Source of the DNA: Podarcis bocagei
Lineage: Eukaryota
NCBI GenBank assembly: GCA_964188305.1
Contig: OZ076896.1
Length of the DNA stretch: 64,000 nt
Reading direction: 5' to 3' (one strand)
In this document: piece after piece, positions 62,221 to 64,000 of the stretch
Numbering within the stretch: the first letter of the stretch is position 1
Layout of the letters: every line of letters starts with the position of its first letter
Translations under genes and position numbers: made by a program
The notes under the pieces: generated by a model
What the model was told of the DNA's origin: nothing
The model's input: the letters and a program-made list of their open reading frames with translations, nothing else
Database searches by the model: none

Positions 62221-64000
62221 ATACTTTAGCCCACTTTATAGCCCTCAAACCAGAAAACAAAAGATTCTCAGAATAAAAATCACATTCAAGCCTGAGATCA
62301 GGTATAAAAATAACATTGTCTTCCTATGGCATCAGAATTATTCATATGGCATTTCTTCCTCTCTTCCTCCTCCCAGCACCAACTTTCAGCCTCTACCTAT
62401 TAGGCAACAGAGTAAACTGATGACCTCTGAGGCATTGGGCCATGATGGAGGCATAATTTTCCTTTCTTGTAGTTGGCAGCAACAGCTCCCACTAAGGACC
62501 TCTGAGACAAGGGACATGGAGCGAGTAGCTAAAATGCACTCGGTCCACCATGGTAAAGACAACTCTTCCTTTTAAACCAAAGTGATGAGATGTACAAGTA
62601 GAACTTCACTTGCACTGCATGGCTTTGACCTTCCACTCGCAACTCCTTGTAACCCCTCCCCACAAAGGTTTCTCCGGAGGTTTGGGGGACATTCTGGAAC
62701 ATTAAATGATCTGGCACAGTTAGTTGTAGTAGGGTAAAATTGGCAGAAATCAGATGGGAAGCTGTATTCATGGAGAACGGCCTTCTGTTCACACAAATCA
62801 TTCTCTGGGTGCCAACCATAATTAAAACCAACCTCATAAGAATCTAGGTTTGAAGTATCAGAACTTCCTTTCAGTGGAAAAGACCTGCTGTGCATCTATG
62901 GATAGACTGGACACCACTTCCCTACAATGGCTTTCCATGCAGTGCTGAATCTCTGTTCTTTCCCTGACTGCCTTCACCTCCTCCAAACTTTAATTGTACT
63001 TCTGCTACAATCAACTTCACAGCCCTCTTTTCACTGTAAAGTACTAAGTAAAACAACAAGAAAGTTACAAAAACAACACTGTTTTCACACACTACTTTAA
63101 CCCCCTCTCCACAACAAAAACAGTATTATCAACCCAGATCTGGTGTAACACAAGGTTCTCTTAGCCTCTGCAAAATGAATGCAATAATGATGTGACTTAT
63201 CTGAACTGGTATTAATTATTTTTTAAATGTTTACAAACTCTGAAAAATCACATTTTTGTATGAGATAAGGGCAGTGAAAGCTTGTCTTTGCTACTATCTA
63301 TTGTTTTGACTTTAAGCCTCAAATCCCCAATCTCAGCTATCCTGAACTCTTGAATTTTAGTTTTCTATGAGGCTGCAACACTTCACAAGAGAAGACCAGC
63401 ATAACAGACTTTAAAATGGACCAAGGAATTATGTTTCTTGATTTTAGACAATGGGTGTTTCATTCTAGCCTTTTTTTTCTTATTAGTTAGATATGCTTTC
63501 CTAAATGTCAGTAATGACTATGACTTCATCGTCTAAAAACAGTGAATGGCAGGAGAAGGCTTGTTTCTCACAAAACCAATGAGAATAGTGGCTGCTTGTT
63601 TGGCCCCACAAATGCTAGAAATTTACTTTTAAAAATAGGAAAGCTAGGAATCAGGGGATTGTAGCTCTTCCTCTCCATAGATGTCCATGTAAGAGACCTT
63701 TATTGTTCTGATAGTGTTGATACTGCCACAGATGAGAAGCACTGTCAGTTAGAAGGATCACTACTTAGCAAACATTTCAAAACAAGATTTGTTTAAATAA
63801 TCCCACCAAAACAAATGATGCAGAAAATTTTACAACTTCAGAAATTTATATTATACAATTGCCCAGAACATGTTATTCTCTTACCGAGAGTTAAAGTGGA
63901 AAGCTGAACTATGTAGAAACCAAAAGCCACAAAACAGCATATTTGCTAAAGAGTTCCCTCTTCAGTTAGTTCTGGCACTGGACAGTGCTCATCATCAGTT

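Noticed and set aside
59133-64000. GIN1 or PPIP5K2 exon 1 / bidirectional promoter
   Set aside because: No CpG island or integrase-like coding sequence seen; presumably beyond the window edge
1-64000. CRISPR arrays, prokaryotic operons, rRNA or snoRNA genes
   Set aside because: No spacer-interspersed repeats or recognisable RNA-gene signatures; the sequence is intron-rich vertebrate DNA

Overview
Vertebrate (squamate, most likely lacertid lizard, judged from Sauria/Squam1 and Squam3-type SINEs) genomic DNA. It is not prokaryotic, and almost all ORFs in the six-frame track are spurious. The right two-thirds holds the complete coding region of PPIP5K2 (bifunctional InsP6/PP-InsP5 kinase plus histidine-acid-phosphatase domain) on the minus strand. 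I traced 30 coding exons from ATG 58872 to a probable stop at 21538 (about 1226 aa if the exon interrupted by a 164-N gap is 174 nt). The 3' UTR probably ends at an AATAAA cluster near 18.9 kb; the first (non-coding) exon lies beyond the right edge. A CpG island at about 10.6-11.5 kb with a minus-strand splice donor is probably the promoter/first exon of the next gene, MACIR (C5orf30) by synteny; its CDS is outside the window. The rest is SINEs, L2/CR1 fragments, hAT and Tc1/pogo MITEs (several with intact TSDs, two nested or stacked), a decayed hAT transposase and microsatellites. The most interesting signal is a cluster of frame-preserving candidate micro/cassette exons (24, 60, 30, 45 nt) and stop-containing exons, with nearby TGCATG (RBFOX) motifs, in the introns of the PPIP5K2 C-terminal disordered region. 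Also notable: a uORF-bearing 5' UTR with an internal acceptor that would skip the uORFs, and a GC-AG intron. I found no evidence of a wholly new gene system. Exon numbers and human comparisons come from my recall of the human gene, not from a search.
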